From NCBI GenBank assembly GCA_902570035.1, contig CACFWO010000002.1, positions 1,054 through 65,053 on the forward strand: a stretch of DNA of 64,000 bases. Direction: 5' to 3'. Shown one piece after another: positions 9,625 to 18,661 of this stretch (the stretch's first letter is position 1; each line of letters starts with the position of its first letter). Source of the DNA: an uncultured SAR86 cluster bacterium. Lineage in GTDB: Bacteria > Pseudomonadota > Gammaproteobacteria > Magnimaribacterales > AG-339-G14. The translations under genes and the position numbers were made by a program. Under the pieces are notes generated by a model. It saw nothing but the letters and a program-made list of their open reading frames with translations, was not told the origin of the DNA and searched no databases.

Positions 9625-9744
9625 TCAAGAAGAGCTATTTTTCTCTTTTTCGTATTCTTTTAGCTTTTGTTGGTACTCTTCTTCAGATAGCTTATGCCAA
9701 CCTATACATTTACCGGTTGGACTTCTTCCGCATCCACAATCCAT
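9625..9744 (-). CDS. Candidate 39-aa Cys-rich mini-protein (MDCGCGRSPTGKCIGWHKLSEEEYQQKLKEYEKEKNSSS)
   Basis: Strong SD (GGAAGGAG) lies 7 nt before the ATG. It is co-directional with its neighbours, lying between the SDR gene and yqjG. It has a C-x-C...C..H cluster followed by a charged helix. Not in the ORF track because it is under 60 aa. Confidence 0.4.
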   Translation of the reverse strand: MDCGCGRSPTGKCIGWHKLSEEEYQQKLKEYEKEKNSSS

Positions 9745-9826
9745 TTATGACTCCTTCCATCATATTAATGAAATTTTATTATCTAGAGATAATTACAAAC
9801 AAGCAATTTTTATGGCGGTCATGTTA

Positions 9827-10831
9827 TTAAGCGATTGTAAAATTCTCTCCAATAGCTTCGCAGCTTTTTTTCCAAATCATCTCTCTAGTTTCAGGGTTAT
9901 CGTACTTTGCTTCCAATTTAAATGTCGTAGCAGGCCCTTTCATGCCTTTAGGACCGATAAATGTTCCTGATTCAATTGAAGGATCTGCTATGCCTCTTAA
10001 AATTCCCATTGTTCCATCTTCTTGAGACTGACCAAATTTCATAAATTGTGCGGTGAACCATCTGCCTAACCCACCCTCTTTAACCGTGGTATCTTGAAGA
10101 TCAGTTTCGGCAAGACCAGGGTGTGCAACGATGGCTTTAATCTTTGAACCAATATTTTGTAACTTTTCGTGCATAGCCGCAGTATAAGCTGCATTTGCCA
10201 ATTTAGTTTGCCCGTATCTTATCCATCTACCGCCACCAAAAAACATACTTTTACCGTTTCCACCAAGAGAGCCGCCTTTTTGCTCTAAAAATTCGGGTTC
10301 AAGTTTTTTCACAGAATGTCTTGCTCCGCTAGAGTGGTTGACTACTCTTGCTTCGCCTTTTTCATCTGCAGCTTTTTCAAGCAACGGCCATAAAAGTTTT
10401 GTTAACAGAAAGTGTGAAAGGTGGTTGGTTTGCATTTGAATATCGTAACCATCGCCAGTAGGCATGTCCTCAAGCGCCATCACGCCAGCATTGTTGCAGA
10501 GCACGTCAATGCCCTCTGAACAAAGCTCATTAATTTTGGGGATACATTGCCGCACTGCAGCAAAACTTTGCAGATCGCAATCTATCGAATGAAAAGATCC
10601 GTTGGAAGTTGTCTCTTTTAATTTTTCAAATGAGTTTTTAGCCCTTTCTGAAGGTCTATTTAAAAGAACAACTTTTGCGCCTAGTTTGCCGCATGCTTCA
10701 GCTGCGGTGTATCCGGTACCAGAGGTAGTTCCTGTAATAACTATGGTTTTACCTTCGAGGGGAGGAAGGCTTTCAAAAAGCTCATGATAATATTTAGATT
10801 CGAGATTAGGTTTTTTATATCCTTTTTTCAT
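9827..10831 (-). CDS. Short-chain dehydrogenase/reductase (SDR) family oxidoreductase
   Basis: 334 aa. TGTTSGTGY cofactor motif and YGQTKLAN (YxxxK) catalytic motif. Confidence 0.8.
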   Translation of the reverse strand: MKKGYKKPNLESKYYHELFESLPPLEGKTIVITGTTSGTGYTAAEACGKLGAKVVLLNRPSERAKNSFEKLKETTSNGSFHSIDCDLQSFAAVRQCIPKINELCSEGIDVLCNNAGVMALEDMPTGDGYDIQMQTNHLSHFLLTKLLWPLLEKAADEKGEARVVNHSSGARHSVKKLEPEFLEQKGGSLGGNGKSMFFGGGRWIRYGQTKLANAAYTAAMHEKLQNIGSKIKAIVAHPGLAETDLQDTTVKEGGLGRWFTAQFMKFGQSQEDGTMGILRGIADPSIESGTFIGPKGMKGPATTFKLEAKYDNPETREMIWKKSCEAIGENFTIA

Positions 10832-10832
10832 T

Positions 10833-11816
10833 TTAATTAAATAAATTTTCTAGAGTTAAAATTTGCTCTATATCAAGTCTACCTTTTTTTTCTGCCTCTA
10901 GGCACTCAATCAATTCCTGTCTATTTTTAATGCCTAAAATGACAGAACCTACCTTATCAATGCTTAAAGCATATCTGTGAGCAAGAGAAGCAGGTGATTC
11001 TCCCCAATCTTCGGCAAGCTCACGAAACGGTTGAGCTTTTTCATAATCAGCAAAATCAGGATGATCGAACCCGCTTGGATGCGGCTCTCGATCCATTTTT
11101 GAGGTCAGTGCACCAGCTTGAACAGCTCGAATAGCCAAAATGGGAATATCTTTTTTCTTGCTTTCCTCTAGAACCAGTTTTGGATTTGGTTTTATGCTGG
11201 CGTACCCGATTGCTCCCAATGAATTTAAAACATTTACTCCGCACTGAATGGCTTCCGGAGGGGTTGTAGAATTGATCACATCGCACACAGCCTCTTCTTG
11301 GCCAGGACCAATACCCCAATTCAAGATCTTACCTTCTTTTTTTAAGGTCTCCATCGCTGGCACAACGGCATCGTAAAAGCTTTTTAAGGTTGTTAAGTTT
11401 CCAGTGGCAACAAAAGATGAATCGGGTTTTTGAGATTCATGATCATTCTCTATTAGCTGGGAATGAAGAAGAAAGAGGTCAACGTAATCAGTGCCCATGG
11501 TATCTAGACTTCTTATCAATGATGTATTGAAGCGATCATAGACTTCCTCATCAGGCAAACTGCCGAGCGCGCATTTTGTCGTTAGTCTAAAACTATCTCT
11601 GCTTCTCTCTTTTATAGCTTCACCTACGACTCTTTCAGCTTCCCCTTTTCCATACATTGGAGCAACATCTAAGTGATCGATTCCCGATTCTAGAGCCAGA
11701 TGAACAGATGCGATGCTCTCTTCTTTGGAAGTCTCTCCCCAGACATTACCTATGCCACCGCCACCAAGGGTTAAGGCACTTACTGATCCAAACGGTTTAA
11801 ATTCTCTTGACTCCAT
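10833..11816 (-). CDS. Aldo/keto reductase family oxidoreductase
   Basis: 327 aa. LDVAPMYGKGEAE and DLFLLHS blocks typical of AKRs. There is a 1-nt gap to the downstream SDR. Confidence 0.8.
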   Translation of the reverse strand: MESREFKPFGSVSALTLGGGGIGNVWGETSKEESIASVHLALESGIDHLDVAPMYGKGEAERVVGEAIKERSRDSFRLTTKCALGSLPDEEVYDRFNTSLIRSLDTMGTDYVDLFLLHSQLIENDHESQKPDSSFVATGNLTTLKSFYDAVVPAMETLKKEGKILNWGIGPGQEEAVCDVINSTTPPEAIQCGVNVLNSLGAIGYASIKPNPKLVLEESKKKDIPILAIRAVQAGALTSKMDREPHPSGFDHPDFADYEKAQPFRELAEDWGESPASLAHRYALSIDKVGSVILGIKNRQELIECLEAEKKGRLDIEQILTLENLFN

Positions 11817-11818
11817 AT

Positions 11819-12985
11819 TTAGGAAATACTTTTTGAAGTTATCAAAGGGATAATAGATTCTGAACCATCTATCTCCTTTGAAAGATAGCTAAAAAAAAGT
11901 TCTGGATCAATAATACCTGACTCTGGAGCATGGACTCCCGTATCTTGGATCAATCCGTCTAAAATCATTTTCACTCCACAAGACAAAGGATATGCTGTTG
12001 CTTCTCCCATGGATAAGTCGTCAACGCTAGCTTCGGTATGAAAAGTTGCTGCTACAGAGATTTTCTTCTCATTCTTGATCCCCTCTGCATAACCATAGAC
12101 AGACGGTAACGATTCGACACCTGCTTTCTCATAATCTGGAGATTGCGTTCCCTCTAACCAAGTTAAAATTCTCGCAGCCATGTTTTTTGATAAAAGTTTT
12201 TTTTCTATAAAAAAACGAATAAATTTCAAAATACTGACTAATGAATCATCGTTGCTATGCATTAAATTTAAGGATTCTTTTATTTCCGGATAATGATGCG
12301 GAAAGCTTATTGCCTCAGGATGTCCAAAGATATTTGCTTTGTAAGTGCCAAGCTGAGGATATTCAACTGTCACCTTTTCAAGCGGACGAACCATTTTGTA
12401 TTCTCCAGAGCTAAAGACTTTCACCTTGCCAATTATTTGTTCAATTCCGTGAACCATGGCTGCATTAACTCCTGTTTGAGAAGATTCCTCTGCGGGTTGT
12501 GCTGAGGACATATCCCATCCGGTATAAACCTTGGAAACTTGATCAAGTTCTTTCATAGCGATTAATCCCAGCATGTTGGTAATCCCTGGACTTGCCCCTA
12601 AACCAACGATGGCACTTATTCCGGCAGCTTTCGCTTTATCGTTTAAGAGAAACATTTTTTCAGTAGGTTCCCAGTCATCGCATATATCGAGATAATGCGT
12701 TTTGGTTTCAATAGCTGCTTCCAATATAGGCACAGCGAGCTTAAAAAAAGGTCCAGTTGTATTTATGACAACGTCAACGCCGTCCATTGCTCTCTCCAAA
12801 GCCTCTACATCAGTAACATCGATACCGATGCCAGAAGTTTTTTCAGAAAGAGTGGATGCAAATTTCTTTGCTTCAGATTCATTTAAATCTGCAACTAAAA
12901 TGCTTTCTGCTTGAGGATGCTTAATCAGAGAATGAACAGCAAACCGTCCTATACCACCACTTCCGCCAAGAGCAAGAATTTTCAT
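11819..12985 (-). CDS. Saccharopine dehydrogenase-like NAD(P)-binding protein
   Basis: 388 aa. N-terminal MKILALGGSGGIGR Rossmann motif with a domain size and layout like Sacchrp_dh. Confidence 0.65.
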   Translation of the reverse strand: MKILALGGSGGIGRFAVHSLIKHPQAESILVADLNESEAKKFASTLSEKTSGIGIDVTDVEALERAMDGVDVVINTTGPFFKLAVPILEAAIETKTHYLDICDDWEPTEKMFLLNDKAKAAGISAIVGLGASPGITNMLGLIAMKELDQVSKVYTGWDMSSAQPAEESSQTGVNAAMVHGIEQIIGKVKVFSSGEYKMVRPLEKVTVEYPQLGTYKANIFGHPEAISFPHHYPEIKESLNLMHSNDDSLVSILKFIRFFIEKKLLSKNMAARILTWLEGTQSPDYEKAGVESLPSVYGYAEGIKNEKKISVAATFHTEASVDDLSMGEATAYPLSCGVKMILDGLIQDTGVHAPESGIIDPELFFSYLSKEIDGSESIIPLITSKSIS

Positions 12986-12992
12986 TAAAAAC

Positions 12993-13964
12993 TTATTTAT
13001 TTATAAAAAAATCATTTTCTGAAGATAACTTTTCTGCTGCCAAAATCCAGACCTCATTAGCATTTTCTCCAGAGATAATACTTTTTTGGATAATGTAATC
13101 AACAAGAAACATACTTTTGTCGTATGCATTTGCTTTATCTTTGTCAAATTCATTTCCGTCAAGATGATCAGTGCTCTTTAAGTTGTAATTTTTAGGCAGT
13201 CCAAACTTTTTCAAAACATCAACATCAGATTCACTAAAATATTCTATTGTTGTTAATGGTGAAATTATTGATAAATCTTCTCTGTTTATTTCAGAAACTA
13301 AAATAAAGTCATCAGGAAATTTAATGCCTCTTGTTACATCGTAACCCCCTTTTGAGACGATTAAATTGCTCTTCAAATTCTCTAGGAAATAATATCCAGT
13401 AACGTCACTATAAGTATATGGTTCATTATCATCATGAATAAAGTTTTCATTAATATCATTAAAGACAAGAGCCCCTAAAACATAGCCATCAATAATATAT
13501 CCAGAAGATGATGTACACGGATCTGCGTTTATTCTTACAGAGTGAGTTGCTGAATCACTGATAATGCCCATACCTGGAGGCTCGCGTCTCTGATAATTGA
13601 AATAAAAATCGCAATCGTAACCTGTATCTGAGCAGTAGGCAGGAGAAGTGAGAGTAAGACCATCGGTTGAAATAACGAAGTCTTTGCATGCAGCGGGATC
13701 ACGAAACCAATTGTCCCAAGAAGTATTGAGAAAGAGAAGCAAGTTGTCTGGATCTTCTGAAGTGAATACATCTAAGACTATGCATTCATTCCAGCTTGGT
13801 CCATTACATCCGCTTGTAGAAAATCCGCCTGCTTGTATTGCTTTAGGCCCGCTAATTCCTACTAAAGGAATAACATAAGATTTTTCTCCTCCACCGCCGC
13901 CACAAGATGTAATAAAAAATAATAATAAAAAAGGTAATATTTTTTTGTAAAAATTATTAGTCAC
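12993..13964 (-). CDS. Cys-rich lipoprotein of unknown function
   Basis: 323 aa. The signal peptide ends in lipobox ITSC followed by a GGGGG linker. The mature part has multiple Cys residues. Confidence 0.6.
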   Translation of the reverse strand: MTNNFYKKILPFLLLFFITSCGGGGGEKSYVIPLVGISGPKAIQAGGFSTSGCNGPSWNECIVLDVFTSEDPDNLLLFLNTSWDNWFRDPAACKDFVISTDGLTLTSPAYCSDTGYDCDFYFNYQRREPPGMGIISDSATHSVRINADPCTSSSGYIIDGYVLGALVFNDINENFIHDDNEPYTYSDVTGYYFLENLKSNLIVSKGGYDVTRGIKFPDDFILVSEINREDLSIISPLTTIEYFSESDVDVLKKFGLPKNYNLKSTDHLDGNEFDKDKANAYDKSMFLVDYIIQKSIISGENANEVWILAAEKLSSENDFFINK

Positions 13965-13974
13965 TCATTCGATT

Positions 13975-15276
13975 CTAAATAGTCTTCATAGTGGACTCAA
14001 ATGCTTTTTTATCAATTTTCGCAATTTCTCGAAAAGCAGCAAAAGGTTTCTTTGTCAGATCAGGATCCTCGCCGTTACCCATTTTATTTATTTGGAGGTA
14101 AAACCAAGCTTGCGAACTAAGAGCATTGATTGCTTGAATTAAACGGAATGGACTTCTTGAGGATAGCCAACCAGGGCCAACAGAGAGAGTTTTTTCGTAA
14201 TCAGGCAGTTGATCAATTTCACCATCGATCATTTTTTGAAGCGAATATGGATCTGCGCATAAAGGCCTCCCAATTCCAATGACTTCACATGCATTATTTG
14301 CAAGAGCAGCATTGATCCCTGTTCTTGATCTGAATCCACCTGTGACCATCAAAGGAATGGAAATAGCTTTTTTGATGTCATCAGCGTATTCCAAAAAGTA
14401 AGCCTCTCTAGCAATGGTGCTCTGTTTTCTTTTTTCCATCCTTTTTGGATTCATACCAACGTTGTCATAACCGAGAAGACTTGGTTTCTCGTACGTACCG
14501 CCAGAAATTTCCAATAAATCTAATCCTGCATCGCTGACCATTTTTGCAACTTGAATGGACTCTTCGTGAGAAAAACCTCCCTTTTGGAAATCTGCTGAAT
14601 TCATTTTCATAGATATTGGATAGTCTTCGCCAACTGTCTCTCTGCAGGCTTTGATAATTTCCAAATGAATTCTTGCTCTATTCTCTAGCGAATCACCCCA
14701 AGCATCTCTCCTTTGATTGATATCAGGGGATAAAAACTCTGACAATAAATAGCCATGCGCTGAATGCAGCTGAATGCCGGAAAAGTTTGCTTCGCGGGCA
14801 ATTTTTGCAACAAAAGCAAATCTTTTTATGACATCCAAAATTTCCTCTTCAGTCATTGCTTTCGGCGTACCAAAATTTCTTCCAGGTATTTTTAAAGCCG
14901 TTGAAGATGGCGCTAAAGGTTCTTTATTTAATTCTCCTGGAGTTTGTCTGCCGGCATGACTTATTTGCATCCAAAGCTTTGAACCATCTGTCTCAGAGAC
15001 CTCTGCCCATTTTTTTAACGCAGGCATCTGATTCTGGTAGGAGTGCTCTTCTATACAGACATTGGCAGGACCTTCCATGCAGGATCTATCAATTTGCACG
15101 TTTCCAGTAAGTAAAATTCCCGAACCGCTTTTTGCCCATTTTTCATAAATCTTGTGATGTCGCTCACAAGCAAAATTATCGGGACCGGCCACCCTTTCGG
15201 TCATAGCTGCTTTGCAAAACCTATTTTTAATCTCCTGCCCGGAAGGCAGGATCAAAGGATCATTAAACTCAGTCAA
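13975..15276 (-). CDS. NADH:flavin oxidoreductase (Old Yellow Enzyme family)
   Basis: 433 aa with a TTG start. HSAHGYLLSEFLSP and GGFRS blocks are typical of OYE / 2,4-dienoyl-CoA reductase N-terminal domains. Confidence 0.85.
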   Translation of the reverse strand: MTEFNDPLILPSGQEIKNRFCKAAMTERVAGPDNFACERHHKIYEKWAKSGSGILLTGNVQIDRSCMEGPANVCIEEHSYQNQMPALKKWAEVSETDGSKLWMQISHAGRQTPGELNKEPLAPSSTALKIPGRNFGTPKAMTEEEILDVIKRFAFVAKIAREANFSGIQLHSAHGYLLSEFLSPDINQRRDAWGDSLENRARIHLEIIKACRETVGEDYPISMKMNSADFQKGGFSHEESIQVAKMVSDAGLDLLEISGGTYEKPSLLGYDNVGMNPKRMEKRKQSTIAREAYFLEYADDIKKAISIPLMVTGGFRSRTGINAALANNACEVIGIGRPLCADPYSLQKMIDGEIDQLPDYEKTLSVGPGWLSSRSPFRLIQAINALSSQAWFYLQINKMGNGEDPDLTKKPFAAFREIAKIDKKAFESTMKTI

Positions 15277-15278
15277 AA

Positions 15279-16103
15279 TTAATCGTAAAAGCAGATAGCT
15301 CTTACTTCTATACTTTCCCTAGGGGATGCGTCTTCTCTGCCATTAACCTCATCATCAAAGGCACTGTGCAACGTCGGCATGAATGGCTTTTCATTTGAAT
15401 CATATGTTTTGAACATAACGACTTCATCACGATGCATTTTTGGATAGAAATACCATTGATGTTCATCGCTATTCATGGATTGATAAATTTCAACAGTAAA
15501 ACCGTTTTCGTCAGCATGGGTATCGCTTTTTTCTTCCTCTTTTCCATAATTAAAGAGATCAGTAGGTATGAGTTCTTTTTCAGAGACCGTTCTGGAATCG
15601 CACAACGCAAAAGGAGCATCGACTCCGTCTTCATCAAACCGCCTCCATAAATTAAATACGGTAATCCTGCTTGGATTTGAATTGCTCTCATCCAAGAGTG
15701 GCTGAATGGTTTGTTTGAAATTAGGCGTGAAATCATTATGAACCAATCGGTGTGCTCCTAATCTTTTCCCCTCAGCAGCTTCTGCTTCATTTCTCGTGAT
15801 ATGAGACACGATAAATACTTGGCTAGCTCCGGTTTGTTTTTTAACCAGATTAGCCATCTCGTCGTAATAAACTTCTGTGACTTCTTTGTCGCTATAAAAA
15901 TTTTCAACTGAAGATTTATGATCTAAAAGAATAAAGCCAGATCCGCTCAGAGAATGCTCTTCTTCGCGGGCATTTTTAACTTCTTTTAAAAATCCTTTGT
16001 GATCAGGTCTATCCGGATCTGGTTCACTTAAACCAAAAGCAGGCTTGGCCTCTCCGTCTTTTAAAGGTTTTCGGTAGAAAAATTCAGCTTTTACAGATTC
16101 CAT
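15279..16103 (-). CDS. Hypothetical protein, possibly CmcJ/NvfI-like oxygenase family
   Basis: 274 aa. The layout (GF..LDHKS, FIVSHITR, AHRLVHNDFT) resembles CmcJ-type proteins. The assignment is from memory only. Confidence 0.4.
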   Translation of the reverse strand: MESVKAEFFYRKPLKDGEAKPAFGLSEPDPDRPDHKGFLKEVKNAREEEHSLSGSGFILLDHKSSVENFYSDKEVTEVYYDEMANLVKKQTGASQVFIVSHITRNEAEAAEGKRLGAHRLVHNDFTPNFKQTIQPLLDESNSNPSRITVFNLWRRFDEDGVDAPFALCDSRTVSEKELIPTDLFNYGKEEEKSDTHADENGFTVEIYQSMNSDEHQWYFYPKMHRDEVVMFKTYDSNEKPFMPTLHSAFDDEVNGREDASPRESIEVRAICFYD

Positions 16104-16174
16104 AATGTTAATTCTAGATATTTTTTCCTTATAGTAAACTACTTATAAGTAAGTAATTAACAGGTAACCAAAAT

Positions 16175-16609
16175 ATGGAAATTTTATATCCCATGTTTGG
16201 CATGATATTCGTTACAGCTATAGTAATGATGCTCTTATATATCTCTCGAATTCAAGCTCTTTCGAATCGATCAAAAAATCCAAATAGATTGCCTAACTCG
16301 GTAGCAAGACACTCTGATGAAATCAGAAAGTATATGACCCCTAGAAATAGGTTCATTACTGAAAACTATAATCATTTATTTGAGCAACCTACTTTATTTT
16401 ATGCAGTCGTGATCTACATATTTTTAATGGGAAACTCTGACTTAACGCATTTAGTTCTTGCATGGGGGTACGTTTTATTTCGAGCCATCCACTCGGTTTA
16501 TCAGCTGACTCATAATCAAGTCAAATGGCGAGCTACCATTTTTGGAATTGGAGGAGCTTTTCTTCTGATCATGATTGCAAGAGAGGCCATTTCTTTATTA
16601 ACTTCTTAA
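16175..16609 (+). CDS. MAPEG-family membrane protein (glutathione-transferase-like)
   Basis: 144 aa with four hydrophobic segments. The NYNHLFEQPTLFY block resembles the MAPEG N-x2-E-x2-P signature. Confidence 0.5.
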   Translation: MEILYPMFGMIFVTAIVMMLLYISRIQALSNRSKNPNRLPNSVARHSDEIRKYMTPRNRFITENYNHLFEQPTLFYAVVIYIFLMGNSDLTHLVLAWGYVLFRAIHSVYQLTHNQVKWRATIFGIGGAFLLIMIAREAISLLTS

Positions 16610-16649
16610 ATCATTTAAGTTACATTAAAAATACAGATTAGGGGGATTT

Positions 16650-17876
16650 ATGTCTGGACCGTTAGATGGATACAGAGTAGTCGAATTAACTTCGACAGTT
16701 TCAGGGCCTTTTGCAGGCATGATGATGGCAGACCAAGGTGCTGATGTCATAAAAGTTGAACCGCCACTAATTGGTGATTTAGCCAGAGTGATGGGTAGCT
16801 CACGAGACGGCATGGCTGCAATGTTCTCGGTTATCAATAGAAATAAACGTTGCATCGTTTTAGATTTCAAAGAACCGAAGGATTTTGATGTTTTAAAAAA
16901 ACTTTTAGATACAGCCGATGTGTTGATAGAAAACTATCGTCCAGGAGTTGTGAAAAAATTGGGTATCGATTACGAAACTCTAAAAAAGACCAATCCGAAT
17001 ATTATTTACACCTCTATTTCCGGTTACGGACAATCCGGTCCTTACATAAATAGAAGAGTCTATGATCCGTTAATTCAAGCTACAGCCGGTTCGGCTGCTG
17101 CACAAAATTCAGAGAAGCCAGAATTCTTTAAAACCATAGTTTTTGACAAAGTAACTGGCCTGACAGCCGCTCAAACTATCAGCACCGCATTGGTACAAAG
17201 AGAAAGAACCGGTAAAGGACAGTATTTACCTATATCAATGCTGGATTCAGCGCTTTATTACATTTGGCCTGATGTCATGTGGTCCAAAACTCTCTTGGAA
17301 GACGGCGTGAAATATTTGCCTGACCTCTTTGATGCTTTTCCAATTTTCAAAACTAAAACACGATATTTAAGCGTCATTCTTTTACAAGACGCAGACTTTC
17401 AAAAATTCTGTGAACTTTGTAATTCTGATTTGCACACCAATGAAAAATATATGACTACTGATGCAAGAGTAGAGAACTTAGAGTCTTTACTTCAGGACGT
17501 GCAAGATCTGCTCATCGATATCGATGCAGAATTTCTTTGCGATGAACTGGATAAGGCTGGAGTGCCTGTGGCGATTGTAAACTCCCTTGATGAAATTCAC
17601 GAAGATCCTCAAGTCATTCAACAAGAATCCTTGGTCGAGGTTGAGCATCCGGTTGCTGGCAAAATGCGTATGCCGAGACCTCCTTTTAATTTTACCGATC
17701 AAAATGAATTCCCTAAATCACATGCTCCTAGTCTAGGTATGCACAACCGAGAAGTACTCGAGGATTTGGGTGTTGATGAAGAGGATATCTTGAGAATGGA
17801 AGAAAGAGAAAAAACTAATAAAGAATTAATCGATGCTATGACTCTAGCTGACGCAGGCAATCAGTCTAGAAAATAA
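16650..17876 (+). CDS. Family III CoA-transferase (CaiB/BaiF type)
   Basis: 408 aa. The N-terminal PLDGYRVVELTSTVSGPFAGMMMADQGADVIKVEPP is canonical for CaiB/BaiF. Confidence 0.85.
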   Translation: MSGPLDGYRVVELTSTVSGPFAGMMMADQGADVIKVEPPLIGDLARVMGSSRDGMAAMFSVINRNKRCIVLDFKEPKDFDVLKKLLDTADVLIENYRPGVVKKLGIDYETLKKTNPNIIYTSISGYGQSGPYINRRVYDPLIQATAGSAAAQNSEKPEFFKTIVFDKVTGLTAAQTISTALVQRERTGKGQYLPISMLDSALYYIWPDVMWSKTLLEDGVKYLPDLFDAFPIFKTKTRYLSVILLQDADFQKFCELCNSDLHTNEKYMTTDARVENLESLLQDVQDLLIDIDAEFLCDELDKAGVPVAIVNSLDEIHEDPQVIQQESLVEVEHPVAGKMRMPRPPFNFTDQNEFPKSHAPSLGMHNREVLEDLGVDEEDILRMEEREKTNKELIDAMTLADAGNQSRK

Positions 17877-17878
17877 AA

Positions 17879-18661
17879 TTAATTAAGATCAATTGTTCCC
17901 TCCAAATAACGTTTTGATAATCCTCCAAGGATAATTCTCTCATTGGAAATTTCACACTGCAGATAGCCGCCTCGTGCTGAAGCTTGATAGGCGTTTAACT
18001 TATTTTTATTTAACTTCTTACTCCAGTATGCAGCGAGCATACAGTGAGCAGATCCGGTCACCGGATCTTCATCAACGCCTGTTTGGGGATAAAAACAGCG
18101 CGAGATGAAATCAGCTTCAGAGCTTTCAGCAGAGACTACGAGACCTCTCGAATTAAGTTTCGCCATCGTGGAGAAATCGGGTTGTAAATTTTTTATTTCT
18201 TTTTCGGAAGCCATAATAGCTAAGTAATCGCTTCTTCCTTTTAAGATTCCGATGGGCTCGCACTTCAAACTTTCGCTGATGAGAGGTTCTGACTCGATAA
18301 CCGTTGGGTGATCGATAGGAAAATCAAGGTTGATCATGTCATCTTTTTGTAAAGCAACTAACTCGCCGCTTTTAGACTGAAAACTAATCTTACTTTCGTT
18401 TTGAAAATATTCATCAAATAAGATTCTGGCGGTTGCCAAAGTTGCATGTCCGCATAACTCTACTTCAAGCGTAGGAGTGAACCATCGAATTTGCAATGGA
18501 TTCTCTCTTAGATTTACAAACGCTGTCTCGGATAAATTATTTTCAAAAGCTATCGCTTGCAGAATGTCATCGCCTGGCCATTCTTCAAGAATACAAACTG
18601 CAGCTGGGTTGCCTTTAAAAAGTTCCTTAGTAAATGCGTCGACGTAGAAAATGCGAATCAC
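17879..18661 (-). CDS. PhzF-family isomerase
   Basis: 260 aa. VDAFT..F.GNPAAV N-terminus, plus ETAF and CGHATLA blocks. Confidence 0.85.
   Translation of the reverse strand: MIRIFYVDAFTKELFKGNPAAVCILEEWPGDDILQAIAFENNLSETAFVNLRENPLQIRWFTPTLEVELCGHATLATARILFDEYFQNESKISFQSKSGELVALQKDDMINLDFPIDHPTVIESEPLISESLKCEPIGILKGRSDYLAIMASEKEIKNLQPDFSTMAKLNSRGLVVSAESSEADFISRCFYPQTGVDEDPVTGSAHCMLAAYWSKKLNKNKLNAYQASARGGYLQCEISNERIILGGLSKRYLEGTIDLN

Noticed and set aside
9572-9970. 132-aa plus-strand ORF from the track
   Set aside because: It is low-complexity and Ser/Phe/Leu-rich. It lies antisense to the 3' end of the SDR gene and to the SD-preceded Cys-rich mini-ORF, and has no SD of its own. It is most likely a shadow ORF in AT-rich DNA.
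16625-16870. 81-aa minus-strand ORF
   Set aside because: It is antisense to the canonical N-terminus of the CaiB-type CoA-transferase.
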